Part shown: positions 1-12,808 of the stretch, one piece after another
Layout of the letters: each line of letters opens with the position of its first letter
How positions within the stretch are numbered: the first letter of the stretch is position 1
Assembly (NCBI GenBank): GCA_047495785.1
Contig: JBLDXI010000007.1
Location: 186,001 to 250,000, forward strand
Source: Lepidodermella squamata
Lineage: Eukaryota > Animalia > Gastrotricha
DNA length: 64,000 nucleotides
Direction: 5' to 3'
The notes under the pieces: model-generated
What the model was told of the DNA's origin: nothing
Database searches by the model: none
What the model saw: the letters and a program-made list of their open reading frames with translations, nothing else
Translations under genes and position numbers: made by a program

Positions 1-180
1 AGAGGTTACCGCCGTATTCTTATTAGCTACAACGCTTCCAACATTCGAGCTAGAATCTGCCAATACGTCATTGACTGCACCGTAGGCACTCTGGAAATTA
101 GGCGGAAGCGTCGCAGCGTCCAACTTAAGAACTAGAACGGCTAAGGATAGGAGCAGCTTGCAGGCAACTGAAGGTGCCAT
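1..180 (-). CDS. 5' end of a secreted protein (runs off the window)
   Basis: ATG at 180, open to base 1: MAPSVACKLLLSLAVLVLKLDAATLPPNFQSAYGAVND..., with a signal-peptide-like N-terminus. Not in the ORF track. Confidence 0.6.
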   Translation of the reverse strand, partial: MAPSVACKLLLSLAVLVLKLDAATLPPNFQSAYGAVNDVLADSSSNVGSVVANKNTAVTS

Positions 181-1399
181 TTTCGAGATAGAAACGCAAG
201 TATCTGTAACAAGCGGAAAGTAACAAGCTTTGACGTAGAGTGCCTGATGAATATTATAGCATCGTACAGCTTTTACCATTCTCATCAAAAAATATTTGAT
301 AACTTTAAAAACAAAAATATCTTCCCATGAGGTTGTTGTACGTTTTCGAAAACAATCGGCAGCCTGTTACAAAAAATCGACAGCGAAAATTAATTACAAT
401 GTATGTAGGTAGTTGAAATTGACATTTTATAATTGATGAATGCACTTTGCACGTAGTACAGTCATTATTAATTATGCATCGGTCTGGAATTAAGAGCAGC
501 TACGGCCAAGGACGCCCTGGAAATGGCTGCGAATCGGCAAGGGAGTTCGTATGGAAACACCCACTTTTTTGAAAGCTCGGAATTAAAATTGTTCAGGAGA
601 GCTTGAGCTTGGAATGCTTCAATTCGCTGCAGATCGGTAATGGTCATTTGATAAAAATCTGGTTGTCGGCTTAGCTTTTCGACCTTGTCTCTTTCGGTGA
701 TATTTTGCGGCTGAGACTAGCCGAAACAAAGCGCATTCCCAAGATAAACTGGAGCCCTAGATAGTCTACAAAGGCTGTATTAGCGGGTTACAGTATCAGC
801 AGGACTCAGGCTTCAGGAAACGGCAGCTATGTATCGGAACGAACCCTAACTCAAAACGTGAGAGTAGAGGCTTCAGGATCAACTCACTAAAAGTGATCTT
901 TGAGTTCCGTTAGCAAAAATATGGGACCTAAAGACTGGCTGCATCAATGCCGGGATTACTCACAAGGTCGATTTATGGGTTTCGAAGAGCACCAAATGCC
1001 TCGCTTCTGGGACTGCCCAGAAAGAGGTCTCCCGGAGTCTCGACGGCTCAATAATTGCAGTTCCAGGACCGCCAAGCTTACTAATAGTTAGCTTTTACCA
1101 AACTTACCTGCAGGTTGTACCTGTGGGGTATAGTTCTTCGAATACGAACGCAGCTTCTGATCTCTTCCCAAACTTTCCTATTCTTTTCCTTTCGCTCACT
1201 CTATGCCATTTTTATTCATTTTTATTCATTCTTTTATTCATTTTTATTCCAAACATTATTGCGAAGATTGCACTGATGCGGTCGTCGAAGCTATGGTTAA
1301 TAAATTACGATAGGTATTATTTGTGCTTATTTATTCTTGTTGCGATAGAAATAGCAAGAAAGTTGTCGAATAGTAAAGGCGGAAATGCGACAGTTTTTC

Positions 1400-3328
1400 T
1401 CATTTTGGGTCTCGGGCGCGCAAGTTACGGCAGTAGATGTCGCAGTAATTATTTTCAGATGGAAACCATGGCTGATGAACAAGACCGTCGCAGACATAAG
1501 TCTGTTTACACGTTTGATCCTGAGGGTTGTATTGAAATTGCACGTTTTGTATCGACGTGCATTTCGGGTCACTTTTCAGCTCGACGATACATCGCGTTTT
1601 CTTGTTGGGATCCAAAGATGGCGGGTTCACGATTCCCCAGTTAGGCGGCGGTGTTTCTAGAATGACGAGCCATTGAGTTATTGAATCAAAACTATTTCCA
1701 TCATACCTTGCTGAGCCGGTTGAGTCAAGAGCCACCACAAATTCGAAGGAGCAGGTGTTGTCGTACGAGTTGTATACCAAGGCAATGTCTGTGGAGTTTG
1801 ATACATCCAGGCCGGATACGTTTGACTGGGCGCCCTTGTAGTAGAAAGTGGAACTATCGGGAAAAATGTTTGGTAAGTCCATGCTGGAGCCGGAGTTGTA
1901 GTCGGCCTAGTTGTAAACCACCATTCGAATGGATAGGCAGTTGGCGGCGGTGGCGGTTGAGTCGTAGGTTTAGGAGTGGCTGTTGTAGAGAAAAGCCACT
2001 CCAAAGGAAAGGGTGTCGTATACTGTGGCGCAGGCGTCATAGTCGTAGAAAAGAGCCAAGCTAGTGGGAACGGCGTTTGGTATTGCGTCGTGGAGGGTGT
2101 AGTCGAAGAAAACAGCCAAGCTAAAGGGAACGGAGTGGTGAATTGGGTTGACGTCGTGGGCGTGTTTGTGAATAGCCATTGCAGTGGGAAAGGCGTATTC
2201 TGCGTAGTTGTAGATGAAAAAAACCACTGGTACCATTGCGGATTCGGTGTTGTTGTTGTAGTTGACGAAAACAGCCATTGCAAGGGAAAAGGAGTTTGGA
2301 ACGGTACAGTCTGGGAAGTCGTGCTAACAGCTGAAAAATGGCTAAAAATCAATCATGTTATAAGAGCTTATCTTACTTGTAGTATTTTGAACATCGGTTG
2401 TGGTAGCATCCGACATTGCTTTTACCACGGCAAACAGAGCCGGGGTTCTCCAGACCAGCAATCCATCGTAAATTTGACTAAGAACATCTGCAATTAAGTG
2501 AAATTCAATCCATCCTAATGCATGAACTTGATGTCATACAGTTGCTCTCAGCGAGCTGCCTTGCGTTGTACAGATAAATTCTAGCGTTTCCTGTGTTATC
2601 TCCCTGCCTTCTCGGTGCCGCGTTGTGGACCGATCGAAAATTTGGGATTTTTGCGGACGACCTAATAGCGATATCTGCCGTATTGATAGAATCAGCGTCG
2701 TAGAAAATGCCGATTAGATCGCTAGTTTTCACGCGGATCGGGTTCGCGGCTGATACACGGTACTGCACCCAGGTGTTGGCTTTCGAACCAGTCGACCAAC
2801 CGTTGATGTACGACTCACCGGCCAGAACTAAGGTATCAGCCCCACTCGGTCTAAAAACAGCCAGGTGAAGTCCCCATACAATCGCCGTGGCTGATATGAA
2901 GTTCCATTCGGTGATGTAACCATCACAAGGGATTTTATAATCGAAAAAGATCTGAAGACCAGATTCTAGGAACGGGTAACCGGTTGCCAATGACGTGAGA
3001 TCGAACTGACGAGGCACGAAAAATGCGAACGGGCATGGTCTTTGGCGGAATACAGTTGCCGCAGCCCGCAATATGAAACTTCGGTTATTGGCCGGGAGGA
3101 CTTCTTCATTTCCGTCCCCATCACTGTCAAAGGTAAACTCATCTCCTGATTCATCTTCGGCCAGAGAAAGAGTATCATTCGTTGAGTTGGATGCGGTGAT
3201 ATTTACTTGACATTCGGTTTTTGAAGTCAAGATTAATAGCTGGAATACCTGCGCAAAATAATTATTCGGAGAGTGCAATTAATTTTTGAAATGCAAACCA
3301 ATATTAAAATAAAACCCCGCATTGCCAT
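1400..3328 (-). CDS. K1: secreted protein with unassigned GLHLAxFRP domain, Thr/aromatic repeat linker and degenerate Kunitz domain
   Basis: About 5 exons (3328-3299, 3248-2540, 2487-~2376, ~2330-~1707, ~1656-1400). Signal MAMRGFILIL|VFQLLILT; motif FFDYKIPCDGYITEWNF..GLHLAVFRP..SDLIGIFYD; last exon CIVELKSDPKC..FQYNPQDQTCKQTYVC..YCDIYC. Confidence 0.8.
1925..2300 (-). repeat. Coding tandem repeat (TPFPL[QAE]WLF-S/T-rich), about 5-7 units, in K1
   Basis: Visible in the translation of ORF 1678..2352 and as repeated DNA units (aaacagccaagcta, aaacagccattgca). Confidence 0.85.
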
Positions 3329-3602
3329 GCGATGTCTGGAACCAGAAAAAGCCCAATTTAAAAAATGAGGCTTATTGACTCAAGATTGAACAGCTTCTGC
3401 ACCAAGTCCGACTTCTTGGATAAACAAACAAAAATGTGAGCCAGGGGAATAGGTTCAATAAAATTAATAGTCATGTCGTAAAAAAACATGACACCTCATA
3501 AGGAGAAGTACGCTGCTGATGCATTCGAGTTTCAACTAGGTCTTGAATAATGAGAAGATGAATGATGAAGGCTGAAACCTATAAATAATGTGAAATTCCC
3601 AC

Positions 3603-4729
3603 TCATTTTATTTTCATTTTTTCTGTTATATTGATTGATCTGCGCTTTCGATTAACAAAACAGCTCAACTGGCAGAACAAATCGCCAGAGCTTGAATACT
3701 CATTTGGAAGGCTGAGATAGCTCTGGCCACACGTTACTAGCTCAGAACACGAGCGGGAAGCTGAGTGGTAAATGAATCTTATGGTGAAGATTTCGCGGCA
3801 TTTCAGCAGTGACGTCTGCAGCACCAGAGTGCAACTTATCCTCCTTTCGGACTTTTCTCGCTCAATTTCTTCATAAGGTATCACGTAGTCCGGTGATGTT
3901 GTTTTGCGGCGATTTCTAGCTGTAGTGCTAGCTTTTGTCGATGATGTCAATTGAAAGTTGGGCGCCTGAAATTTAACTGTCAGGAATAGCGCTGGGTTAC
4001 GAATAGTTGGTATCCCATCGTCACGGCTAAATACATCTAGCACAGTAATTGAATAGGAATGCATGGTTAATTGTCATCAGATTAGTCACTAGTCACTTCC
4101 TTACATCCATCATTTTGTAATTGTTCAGCATCTGACATTGACGTCTTAGCATTGAAAGGACGACCGGAGGACACCATGTTAGACCTTAGCACTGCTTGCT
4201 TTTTTTCAACAGTTGAACGGTTGTAAAATACGCCGATAAAATCACCCGCGCGGAACGACATAGCATCTGTCAATGTCCATGACACAAATTGATCCGGGGG
4301 CTTCTCAGTGAACCAATTATTGATGTGAATATCCCCAACAACAGAGTAGGTGTTTGCACCGGATGGTCTGATAAGTGCGAAGTGCAGGCCTCGGACAAAT
4401 GTGTCCGATGACAGAAAAGTGAGATGGAAAAGAAGGCCATCGCAAGGCATCCGTAAATCGAAAAACACTGTCAAACCAGACTCCACGAACATGTAATCGC
4501 TGGATGCTGTCGGACTGTCAAACAATTGCTTAGGGAAATTGACAAATTTTCCCGTTTGGCTGCATCCACCTGAGTAGTCGGGATACTGGCTCTGCGATAA
4601 GGCCAGGTTGCTAATAATCGCCAATATGTAAGCCGCAGCAGCTTTTGAAACCTGAAATAAATCGAAGTTTCTCGAGACCCGAGGGAAATGAAAAGTTGGC
4701 ACCTTTAGCCCACTCACAGCACGCACCAT
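3603..4729 (-). CDS. K2: secreted GLHLAxFRP-domain plus Kunitz-like protein
   Basis: ORFs 4082..4729 and 3603..4064 joined by a short GT-AG intron. FFDLRMPCDG, GLHFALIRP, GDFIGVFYN, RNPALF; six-Cys tail CTL..C..RFIYHSASRSCSELVTC..C..C. Confidence 0.8.
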
Positions 4730-5494
4730 ATCTTAATGTAGAGAGTATAGTATCGCGACTATGTCGGAGGATGTAGACAACATTTACACATTTTATATTA
4801 AATTGCGATACTCAGTGCGTCATTGTCTTATTGTCGCTAAAATATCCTTATTGTCTTTTTTAACCCCTTAACATTTTTTAATTATTATTGGAACCATCTT
4901 ATCTTCTTATGGATGCATCTCCGCAATTTTCATGGTGCCCATCCGAACTTCCGTTGGAAGGTGATCCTAGGTAATTTACTTTGAGTGATGTGACGTGCGA
5001 CGCGATAGCGATACATATCTTATTTCGCCCTTTTCCCATCCAATTAGAAAAATATGGGCAATTTTCGGGCCACAGACTTTGAAAATTTGATCTTAATATC
5101 AGCTGACGTCAAGGCGTTAAAGTTTGAATGTAGGTTATTTCGCACTAGCACTCGTCATCGCCTATTTTGAGAGTGGTTCTTCCGGCTATGTATCCTGCAT
5201 GGAAATTAACAGTTGTTTGAATTCGATTAAAGGGGAAAAATACCCCGGAAGACATATTTGTGATGCATAATATGGAACACAAATCGATAAGAAAGCAAAA
5301 TTGATTCATAAGTAGCAGTAAATTTAATAAATTTGCGTCGTCTGGCATTAGAATCACTTCAACTCCTATTTCGTCAGAGCAATTAAATTTGTAAAAGTAG
5401 GATAATTTAAAGCTCTGCATTTCCTCAGGAACACCTATATTGCTGGTCATTTTTCAACTAGATTTTTTCCCAATCATTAATCATCAGTCGCACG

Positions 5495-6016
5495 ATGTAC
5501 ATCGGTATTTTAGCGACTGCTGTTCTATGCTATGGACTAGCAGATGGCCACAAAGTGTTACGAGCTGGTCTGAGGAAAAGTCCCGGTGATGATGCGGCAC
5601 GAACGGCAGCCGAAGACTCTCACGATCATGGCCATGACGACTTCGAATTGACGCCCTCGACGCAACCTCCAACCGTGAAAACTACCAAGGTCGACTATGA
5701 ACAACGAGCCTATCGAATCCTTCAGAAATTCTGCAAAATGGGAGGCGGGAACAACGATGACATGCGAGCTGTCTGCGTCGAACAAGAGAAACAGGTCGAA
5801 ATGTTGAGCAAACAGGGCTGCAAGAAATGCTTTGGGGTTCGTTTAAATTATAAAGAAATACAACGCATTTCCGTTTAATTATTCAAATTTCATTTATAGC
5901 AACGCCTCTCTTCTCTCATGAGCTGCTACCGACGCCCTGTATCCGAAAGGTTTCAAATGGTCCATGAAAAATGCGCCCATGCGCAAAATAAGAAAAAGCA
6001 TCAACTTCAGGCGTGA
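5495..6016 (+). CDS. P1: secreted CxxCF/CxRRP family protein (6-Cys subtype)
   Basis: Exons 5495-5836 and 5900-6016; signal peptide; ..GCKKCFG|QRLSSLMSCYRRPVSERFQMVHEKCAHAQNKKKHQLQA*. Confidence 0.85.
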
Positions 6017-6722
6017 AATAGCCTCATCCGTCTACACTTCCTTAACGGATGCAGTTTTTATCGCCTTTTGGTTCGGTGCATTTCATTTTTGATGGCGAGT
6101 GAATCGGTTCATTTCCGCAGCGGCAGTCTTACCTTTTTGCAATCAAGACGTCCGTTTGTCCACATAATCCTCAAGTTTTAGTCTCTACGTGAACATGGTC
6201 TGTTCATCGTACTATCATCGGATAAGTCTTATAGTCGTGGAATAAAATCATACGGTGAATAAGCCATCCATTTTTGTTGTCCGCGTGGGCTTATAACTAA
6301 TAGGTCGCAGCATCAATTTTGCCAGAGTAATCGAAGAGTATGCTGTAAACATTCAAAATTCAATCCCCGGTGGGAAGGTCTTACTAATTTACAAGTGCGC
6401 CTTCATTTTAAATCGTCTGAACATAAACCTGATTAGGCACAATGTATCCTGCAGAATTTTGATAGAAAACTAGGCGGTCATTATTTTGGATCGCTGCCTA
6501 CATCACGAGGGAATTCAATCTTGAAAAGTACGTAAATGGGATAGACCGATAGACCACCACGCCGGGAAAACTGCATACCTATCTCCCCTCATCAATCTAA
6601 AACGCGAGTATGATTAAAATCCCTTTTTACACATCGTGGGTTGAGATGATACTAGCAAATGTCCTTTGGAGATGTCTCGCCTTTTTTACTTTGATTTTTT
6701 ACTTTTAATTCTCTAGATAGTT

Positions 6723-7130
6723 ATGGCATCTTTAATTGTAACAGCCGCTCTGCTGAGCATTATCTTTCATGTTACAACAAGCAGCCCTCCGAAGCAGAAT
6801 GACCCATCTAAAATGGAACAGCTGCTAACGAAAATCTGCAAATTAGACGGCAAGGGCAAAGACGAGAAGCGCAACGCTGGGAGCGAGCTGGCTCGAGCGG
6901 AACAACTGGCCTGCCTGCTTCGAATCAAAGCAGACTTGGACAGCGCGAGCACAAGTGGCTGCAGACGATGCATGGGGGTTGGTTTTCCACCGGGTGGAAT
7001 ACCTGGCAGTTATATTCAAATGTTATTTTCTGCACAGCATAACACTGCCTTGGCAATAGATTGCCTGAGACGGTCCCCGATCGATCGCATCACGTTTGTC
7101 AACCAAAAATGTCGACGTACTAATAAATAA
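6723..7130 (+). CDS. P2: secreted CxxCF/CxRRP family protein (6-Cys)
   Basis: In-frame 60-nt intron 6978-7037; SGCRRCMG|HNTALAIDCLRRSPIDRITFVNQKCRRTNK*. Confidence 0.85.
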   Translation: MASLIVTAALLSIIFHVTTSSPPKQNDPSKMEQLLTKICKLDGKGKDEKRNAGSELARAEQLACLLRIKADLDSASTSGCRRCMGVGFPPGGIPGSYIQMLFSAQHNTALAIDCLRRSPIDRITFVNQKCRRTNK

Positions 7131-7903
7131 AAATTTACCCTTAAAACTTCTTAGTTAAAACCTTTCCTTCCTTGCTTTCAAGAACTATTACTACGATACC
7201 TTTTGGGTCACATACCTATTCATAAAATCCTCGTTTGACCTTGAGCTATCCTTTAGCTTACGAATGCAGAGAGGCGCTGCTTACAAGAAAAAGCCTTGGT
7301 GTAGATGCAGCTGGTCTCCATTTGCATTCGAGGTTTTGAATCACGGCTTTCGTTGAATCATTCACGGAGATGTAGCCTTTTTGAGCACGGATGTTCCGTA
7401 ATCATGGACCGTAACAAACCATTCCGTTCATTATTATTATGAAAATGCCCTCCCATTTCATACGGAACCATGGATTCTTTTAATTAATAAATCGAGATAT
7501 TTTCTAGTCGGAACTTGATCATCATCCAAATCTTCAGAATCCAGGTGATTGTTTCAGTATCGGCAATGTCGAGTAGCGGCGGCGGAGTGTAATTTGGCTG
7601 TGTTCCACATATCCGCCTGCTAGGCAGCATAATGAAATTAGGAGAGTAATTTCTTCGGGTAATACTTACTTGTGGGTGAGAATACGCAAAAAGCCTTGTG
7701 GGAAAACCCCCGTTACTTAGATTGCGTTTCCAAGTATATAAGCACCAAGTCAAATGCCTAGCCAGCACGCCAAGTCGCGATCAACTAGCCCACTGCGGTT
7801 CACGTGGGATTCTGGGGGATAAAAGCACCGAAGCCGGGCTCAATAAATCGTTACCTTTGCCAGATAACTTCAAATTTCCTCGGAATTTATCAAATTATTC
7901 GAA

Positions 7904-8263
7904 ATGAGATTTTCGGCTGTGGTGATATGTATCGCTGGACTGTTTCTGCGGGAAGCTTTAGGCGGGCGCAACATGAAGGCATTCCGGGCTCTTAACACCT
8001 TTTGCATCAACGAATCGAAAAATCACAACGCTGACGTAGCCATTTGCTTGAATCATTTTCAAAGCAAAATTTTAGAATCGCTACGATCTGAGACATGTCG
8101 AGAATGTTTTAGGGTAAGTCTCAGTACTTTTCGGTTGATCATGGAAACCAAATTACTTTCGTAGACCAACCCACCCCTGCTTGGCTATTGCTACAAGTTG
8201 CAGCCTTCGGAGCGATATGGACTTATTGTTAATTACTGCCCGAGAGGCGTGTGGAACAGTTGA
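7904..8263 (+). CDS. P3: secreted CxxCF family protein (6-Cys)
   Basis: Exons 7904-8113 and 8165-8263; LRSETCRECFR|TNPPLLGYCYKLQPSERYGLIVNYCPRGVWNS*. Confidence 0.85.
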
Positions 8264-8407
8264 TTGATATTAGGAACGTCATTTGATCCGCGTAATATGC
8301 GTGCGCGTATTTCACTAGGTCAACTGTAATGAATAAACTTATATCAAAGACCGAGAGCGTTTTATTCCGAAGAGCAGAAAACTAAAACGAAGAACTCATA
8401 GAAAATC

Positions 8408-8763
8408 CTAATCTAGACAGTTGTGTACCACCAAGTTGAATCGTTCCTCCGCATCTGACTCGACACATTCCTGCATTAAATCCGGATCTCCCTGGTAAAA
8501 TGCAGTAGCGTTTTAAAATTGCCGATGAGTATCTAAAAACAGCCTACCCTAAAGCATTGGGTGCACGTTTCACTGCGCAAGCCATGCAAAAAATTCCCTT
8601 GATGCTGCTCGTAGCAACGGTGCAGCTCATCCGAATCGGTTGAAGCTTCAAACTTGCATATGTTATGCATCGCTCGAAAGGCTCTCAGGGGCTCGATAGT
8701 TCGGTTGAAAGCTATATTGAGCAACGTCGCAGTTAAAAATGCCGTACATGTTAATGAATTCAT
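8408..8763 (-). CDS. P4: secreted CxxCF family protein (6-Cys), convergent paralog of P3
   Basis: Exons 8763-8548 and 8491-8408; LRSETCTQCFR|GDPDLMQECVESDAEERFNLVVHNCLD*. Confidence 0.85.
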
Positions 8764-8985
8764 ATTCAGCACGTGATCATAACAAAACTAGGCTATATCC
8801 TTCTTTTTATTGAATATTGGAACCAATCATTTATATATAAGTGAATCTGTGGGCTTTTGAAGATCGTAGCCTTGATAAAATCCCCATATAATTGCATTTC
8901 ATCTCTGGTTTAAAATTAAGGACGCGTTGGCGCTCACACATTCTAATTCACAACTATACAGATGAGAGACCAATCAGGATTGATG

Positions 8986-9388
8986 CTATACCATAAATTG
9001 GCTGATTTTTGAGATAGGGCCGTTTTGCAAGCATTCAGATCTGATGTAGACGAATCTCGCCATTAGTGGGCGGCGAAGGCAGTCGAGAGTTTTCATGACA
9101 CTATGCTGTAAATTAATGGAGTTAAATGATAGTTTATGGAACATAGAACCAGCTTACCCCAAAGCACTGGGTGCACACGTTGTTCGATAACTTGTCGGCT
9201 ACATCTCGAGTCCAAGGCATGCCCATGCTGCGGAAGAGTTTCCGCAATTCTCCCGTGGCCGCTTTTTCCGCGGCACTAGCTCCAGCAAATTCTTCGAATT
9301 CGACGAAATTCGCGTTGTTAAGGTGGATAGCCAGTACCAATATTACCACTGTTGAAGTCAATGCGGACGTTCTAGAAAACCAGACCAT
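8986..9388 (-). CDS. P5: secreted CxxCF/CLRRP family protein
   Basis: Exons 9388-9158 and 9105-8986; NNVCTQCFG|HSVMKTLDCLRRPLMARFVYIRSECLQNGPISKISQFMV*. Confidence 0.85.
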
Positions 9389-10223
9389 GGCTAGCAAATG
9401 GCGCAAGTTTGAACTGATAATCTATATAAACGAAAGGACAAGAATGAGGACATTGTTTTATCGCTTAAATGGCTTTCTGCGGTTCTCCAGGGACAAAAAA
9501 TCGCGCAAAATTATTAATTGCAAGGATGATGTCACGATGCACACGCATTCTTTGCCGATTCGATTATCACGCCGTTTTCTTGATTGCGTATAAAAAATGA
9601 ATCGGACTCGAGATATTTGGCCCACACCAGGGAACAGAAGAGAAAGATAAAAGATGCGGAATCATGTGATTAATGACGCTCATCGCGCTGAAAGAGGACA
9701 GCACAAGCATCGAAATTTTGCAATAACAAAGGTAAGCTGGGTCTTGATTTTCGACGATGTGAAACCGAGTGCAAAAGCTAGCCGATATTTAAAAACATCT
9801 CTGTTTGCATTGCGTGGTGCTGGTAGATTTAATTTCCGTTGACAAGGGGGTTGGGATGAATGATGGTTGCAGAATGTCATGTCTTTTTTCCGTGGGCGCG
9901 TAGGGATTATTGCTATAATATCCATTATAACTTTAATCCCTATGGATATTTTGCAAAAAAACTATCCTTTTGGTGTTGTGTAAAGAAATCACGATGCCCC
10001 GCAAGAAAGGAACAAGATACTTTCGTTGTCTTAATCTTCCGGCCGTCAAAGACCTTTTTTGAGCATCGGTATTTGGCTGACTCATTTGGATCTTATTGTA
10101 GGCCCCTCGTGAGCTGCTGTAATTACGATAAAAATAGACAAAAATCCTTTCGCGATGAAAAGACAAGAAAAATGTCACACTGCTATTAGTTTATTGAGTT
10201 TACAGAGCATTATCACGTGATAG

Positions 10224-10622
10224 TCAACCAAGAGGCATACAGTTCCGATGAATCATAACGATTTGTTCTGGCTGCGGTAATCGAATGCATTCGAAAAGCT
10301 TTAGCAGATTGTACTGTAACGACATTTCAATATGATACAAGAATTTCATGCAAGGAATAACACTTACCCCAAAGCATTTTTCACAGCTTTTCATGGCGAA
10401 GCTGCTCTTGTTATTTTTGTTCAGCAGCGTTTTCAGGGACTCGCGGATTCGTTCGGGAGCCAAGGTTTCCTTAAATTTAGCTTGCCGAGTCATTGCGTTG
10501 ACTGCTTTCCACGATTTAGATGGATCAGACAGGATATCTTGAGTACCTACAGCTTGGCACAAAGTGTTAATAAGCACCAAACTTAGCACTGGTATAGACC
10601 ACCGAATTTTTCTGGCCTGCAT
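10224..10622 (-). CDS. P6: secreted CxxCF family protein
   Basis: In-frame 54-nt intron 10314-10367; KSCEKCFG|YNLLKLFECIRLPQPEQIVMIHRNCMPLG*. Confidence 0.85.
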   Translation of the reverse strand: MQARKIRWSIPVLSLVLINTLCQAVGTQDILSDPSKSWKAVNAMTRQAKFKETLAPERIRESLKTLLNKNNKSSFAMKSCEKCFGVSVIPCMKFLYHIEMSLQYNLLKLFECIRLPQPEQIVMIHRNCMPLG

Positions 10623-11011
10623 TTTAGCTCAGTATAAATGAAAATGGCGAAGTTTGCTTGCTCATGTATATGTATCTGTCAGTCACTTCCTTTAATTATG
10701 TCCACTGATCGATCCACAGCGTGGTTGGGATGAAAAACAACGCAAAATATTAGATGTCCCTACAATAACAAAGCATGGGCTGAGAGATGAGTGGTCATCG
10801 AAAGTTTCCGGAGCATGCACTCGTTACTTAAAAGGACATTCTTTACCACTAAAAAATGCGGGGTGCATTAATGAAATTGAGACAGCGACTGAAGCTTTCG
10901 TCGCTTTTATTGAAAACCGTGGCAAACACTCAAAGACGACCAAATCGCGGAAGAACAGCGAGTATTATCACTACTGTGTTCAACCAGGAAATGACAGAGT
11001 AACAGAATATA

Positions 11012-11453
11012 TCAACCTATGGGCATACAGTTCCTGTGTACTAGAATGATTTGTTCAGCTTCCGGCCGCCTCAAGCAGTCGACTAGCTTATTAATATTGC
11101 TCTGAAAGTGAAGTCAAATTTCAAAGCAGTGAATCAAGGAATGAACAATATCCTACCCCGAAACATTTACTGCATGAGATCATCATGAAAACATTTCGAT
11201 CTTTGCTAACATCCGCGTGCTTTGCAATCCACTTTTGCAGCAGCTGCCGAAATCGAGGTCGGTTGATGAGTTCGTTGAGTTCATACGAAGAGTGCTGTAG
11301 ATTTTGGAAAGCGGAGCGTGAGTTCGCAATCGCGACTTCAGATTTATTGTTTGCCGCCGCCTTGGATGAAGAATCGGTGAGTGATAGCGCCGCATACGGC
11401 AATGCCATGCAGGCAATAAGGAGGAATATGTAACTTTTTACAGACATCAGCAT
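11012..11453 (-). CDS. P7: secreted CxxCF/CLRRP family protein
   Basis: Exons 11453-11157 and 11101-11012; ISCSKCFG|SNINKLVDCLRRPEAEQIILVHRNCMPIG*. Confidence 0.85.
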
Positions 11454-12444
11454 TTGATCTAGTTTGAAACCGAATCAACAGTTTTTATAAATGCTTCAGG
11501 TCAATCGTGAGATATCAATGACTGATGACCCCAAGCGCGGATCGGAAACAGCTACTTTTACTAGTGATAATAATAACACGTCACGCTATGCATTATAAAA
11601 TTGGACGCAGCTTGTTTTTCAGGCGATGCAATTTATGCTCTCTGGTGGGTGGCCACCAAAGGGGGTGGTAGTTGCGTAGCAATTGCCATAAACCCTTTTG
11701 GAATGTCCGATGTAATATTTGATCGTTTTTATGCTAATGAAACGCCGCGCAGTAGTCGCAGTTGTCGAAATTTAGCCGGCGGGCCGATGACGGCAGTCAA
11801 TCAGCATCAATGATTAGGAGAGTATACAGTGCAAATCACTAGATTCAGATCGCCCTACCAGAAACAATAACTGTTGTTTTTTTCATTATTTATGTGATTC
11901 AGATTCCATCATGGACAGCGTTTCAGTCGCAGAGGGATTAACGGCCAGAACTACGCAACAAAGCAGCATCCCTTTCACACCTTGAATTTGCATTCATGGC
12001 CGATAATTTTACACTCTATCAGCGCTGCAGGCGCAAGAATGTAGTAAGGTGGCTTCATATAGCGTCCTAATTTACGTCAACAGCGACTTATGAGTGCAAA
12101 AACCTGAGGCGGTCATCGAACCTATGATTATCTGAAATGACAAAAACTAGAGCGAAGTCTCGCCGAGGCCGCTGTTTATGAGTGGGCGTGTTACAATGAA
12201 AGCCTTAGGCTTCCCTACATTTGCAAATTTAGCTCTGACATTTCCTCCCTCGCAAAATATGATGTGATAATCCTAACAAGAGGCGATCGCTGTGATGAAA
12301 GTGACGAGTCTCGCATAAACAAATGAATCAGTCGCTTGTCAGGTGCGTGTTGAATCCCGCGCAATCAGCAATATTTACGCTGTGCGATATTTGAATTCGT
12401 GCCAAACAGCTTAACACAAAACCAGGTTATATTCCCTATAGTGA

Positions 12445-12808
12445 ATGCATTTTTCCCAACTGGTCATCATTGTAGTCGCCTTGATTTCTGTTAGTATCAG
12501 CCGGTGCTGTGGCATGTGGCCAAGTTTCAGCGAACATCATGATCATCACTCAGCGTCCGATGAGCCATCGTCCCCTAGGAAAATGCTTCGTGATGTCACA
12601 ACCCAGGGATGCCTGCGTTGCTTCGCGGTAATTTAAATTAAAAACTAGTCCGATTACACTTACTTAACCGTAATTATATTTCTCTACGTAATAGCACAGT
12701 GTACCTGCATCCCTCGACTGCTTGAGGCGACGTCCTGTGTCACGGCTGGTTTACCTTCAGAAAAAATGCAGCACAAAAACGCATCATCGACATCAGGCTA
12801 TGAAATGA
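12445..12808 (+). CDS. P8: secreted CxxCF/CLRR family protein
   Basis: Exons 12445-12627 and 12695-12808; QGCLRCFA|HSVPASLDCLRRRPVSRLVYLQKKCSTKTHHRHQAMK*. Confidence 0.85.

Noticed and set aside
420-1390. Possible further minus-strand exons downstream of K1
   Set aside because: Splice-like sites are present but no consistent open frame could be assembled.
1940-2300. CRISPR-like repeat-spacer pattern
   Set aside because: Eukaryotic coding repeat with degenerate units and no cas genes.
1123-2497. Plus-strand ORFs over K1, and similar antisense ORFs over the P, K and NR2 genes
   Set aside because: Shadow frames of real opposite-strand exons, with no independent motifs.
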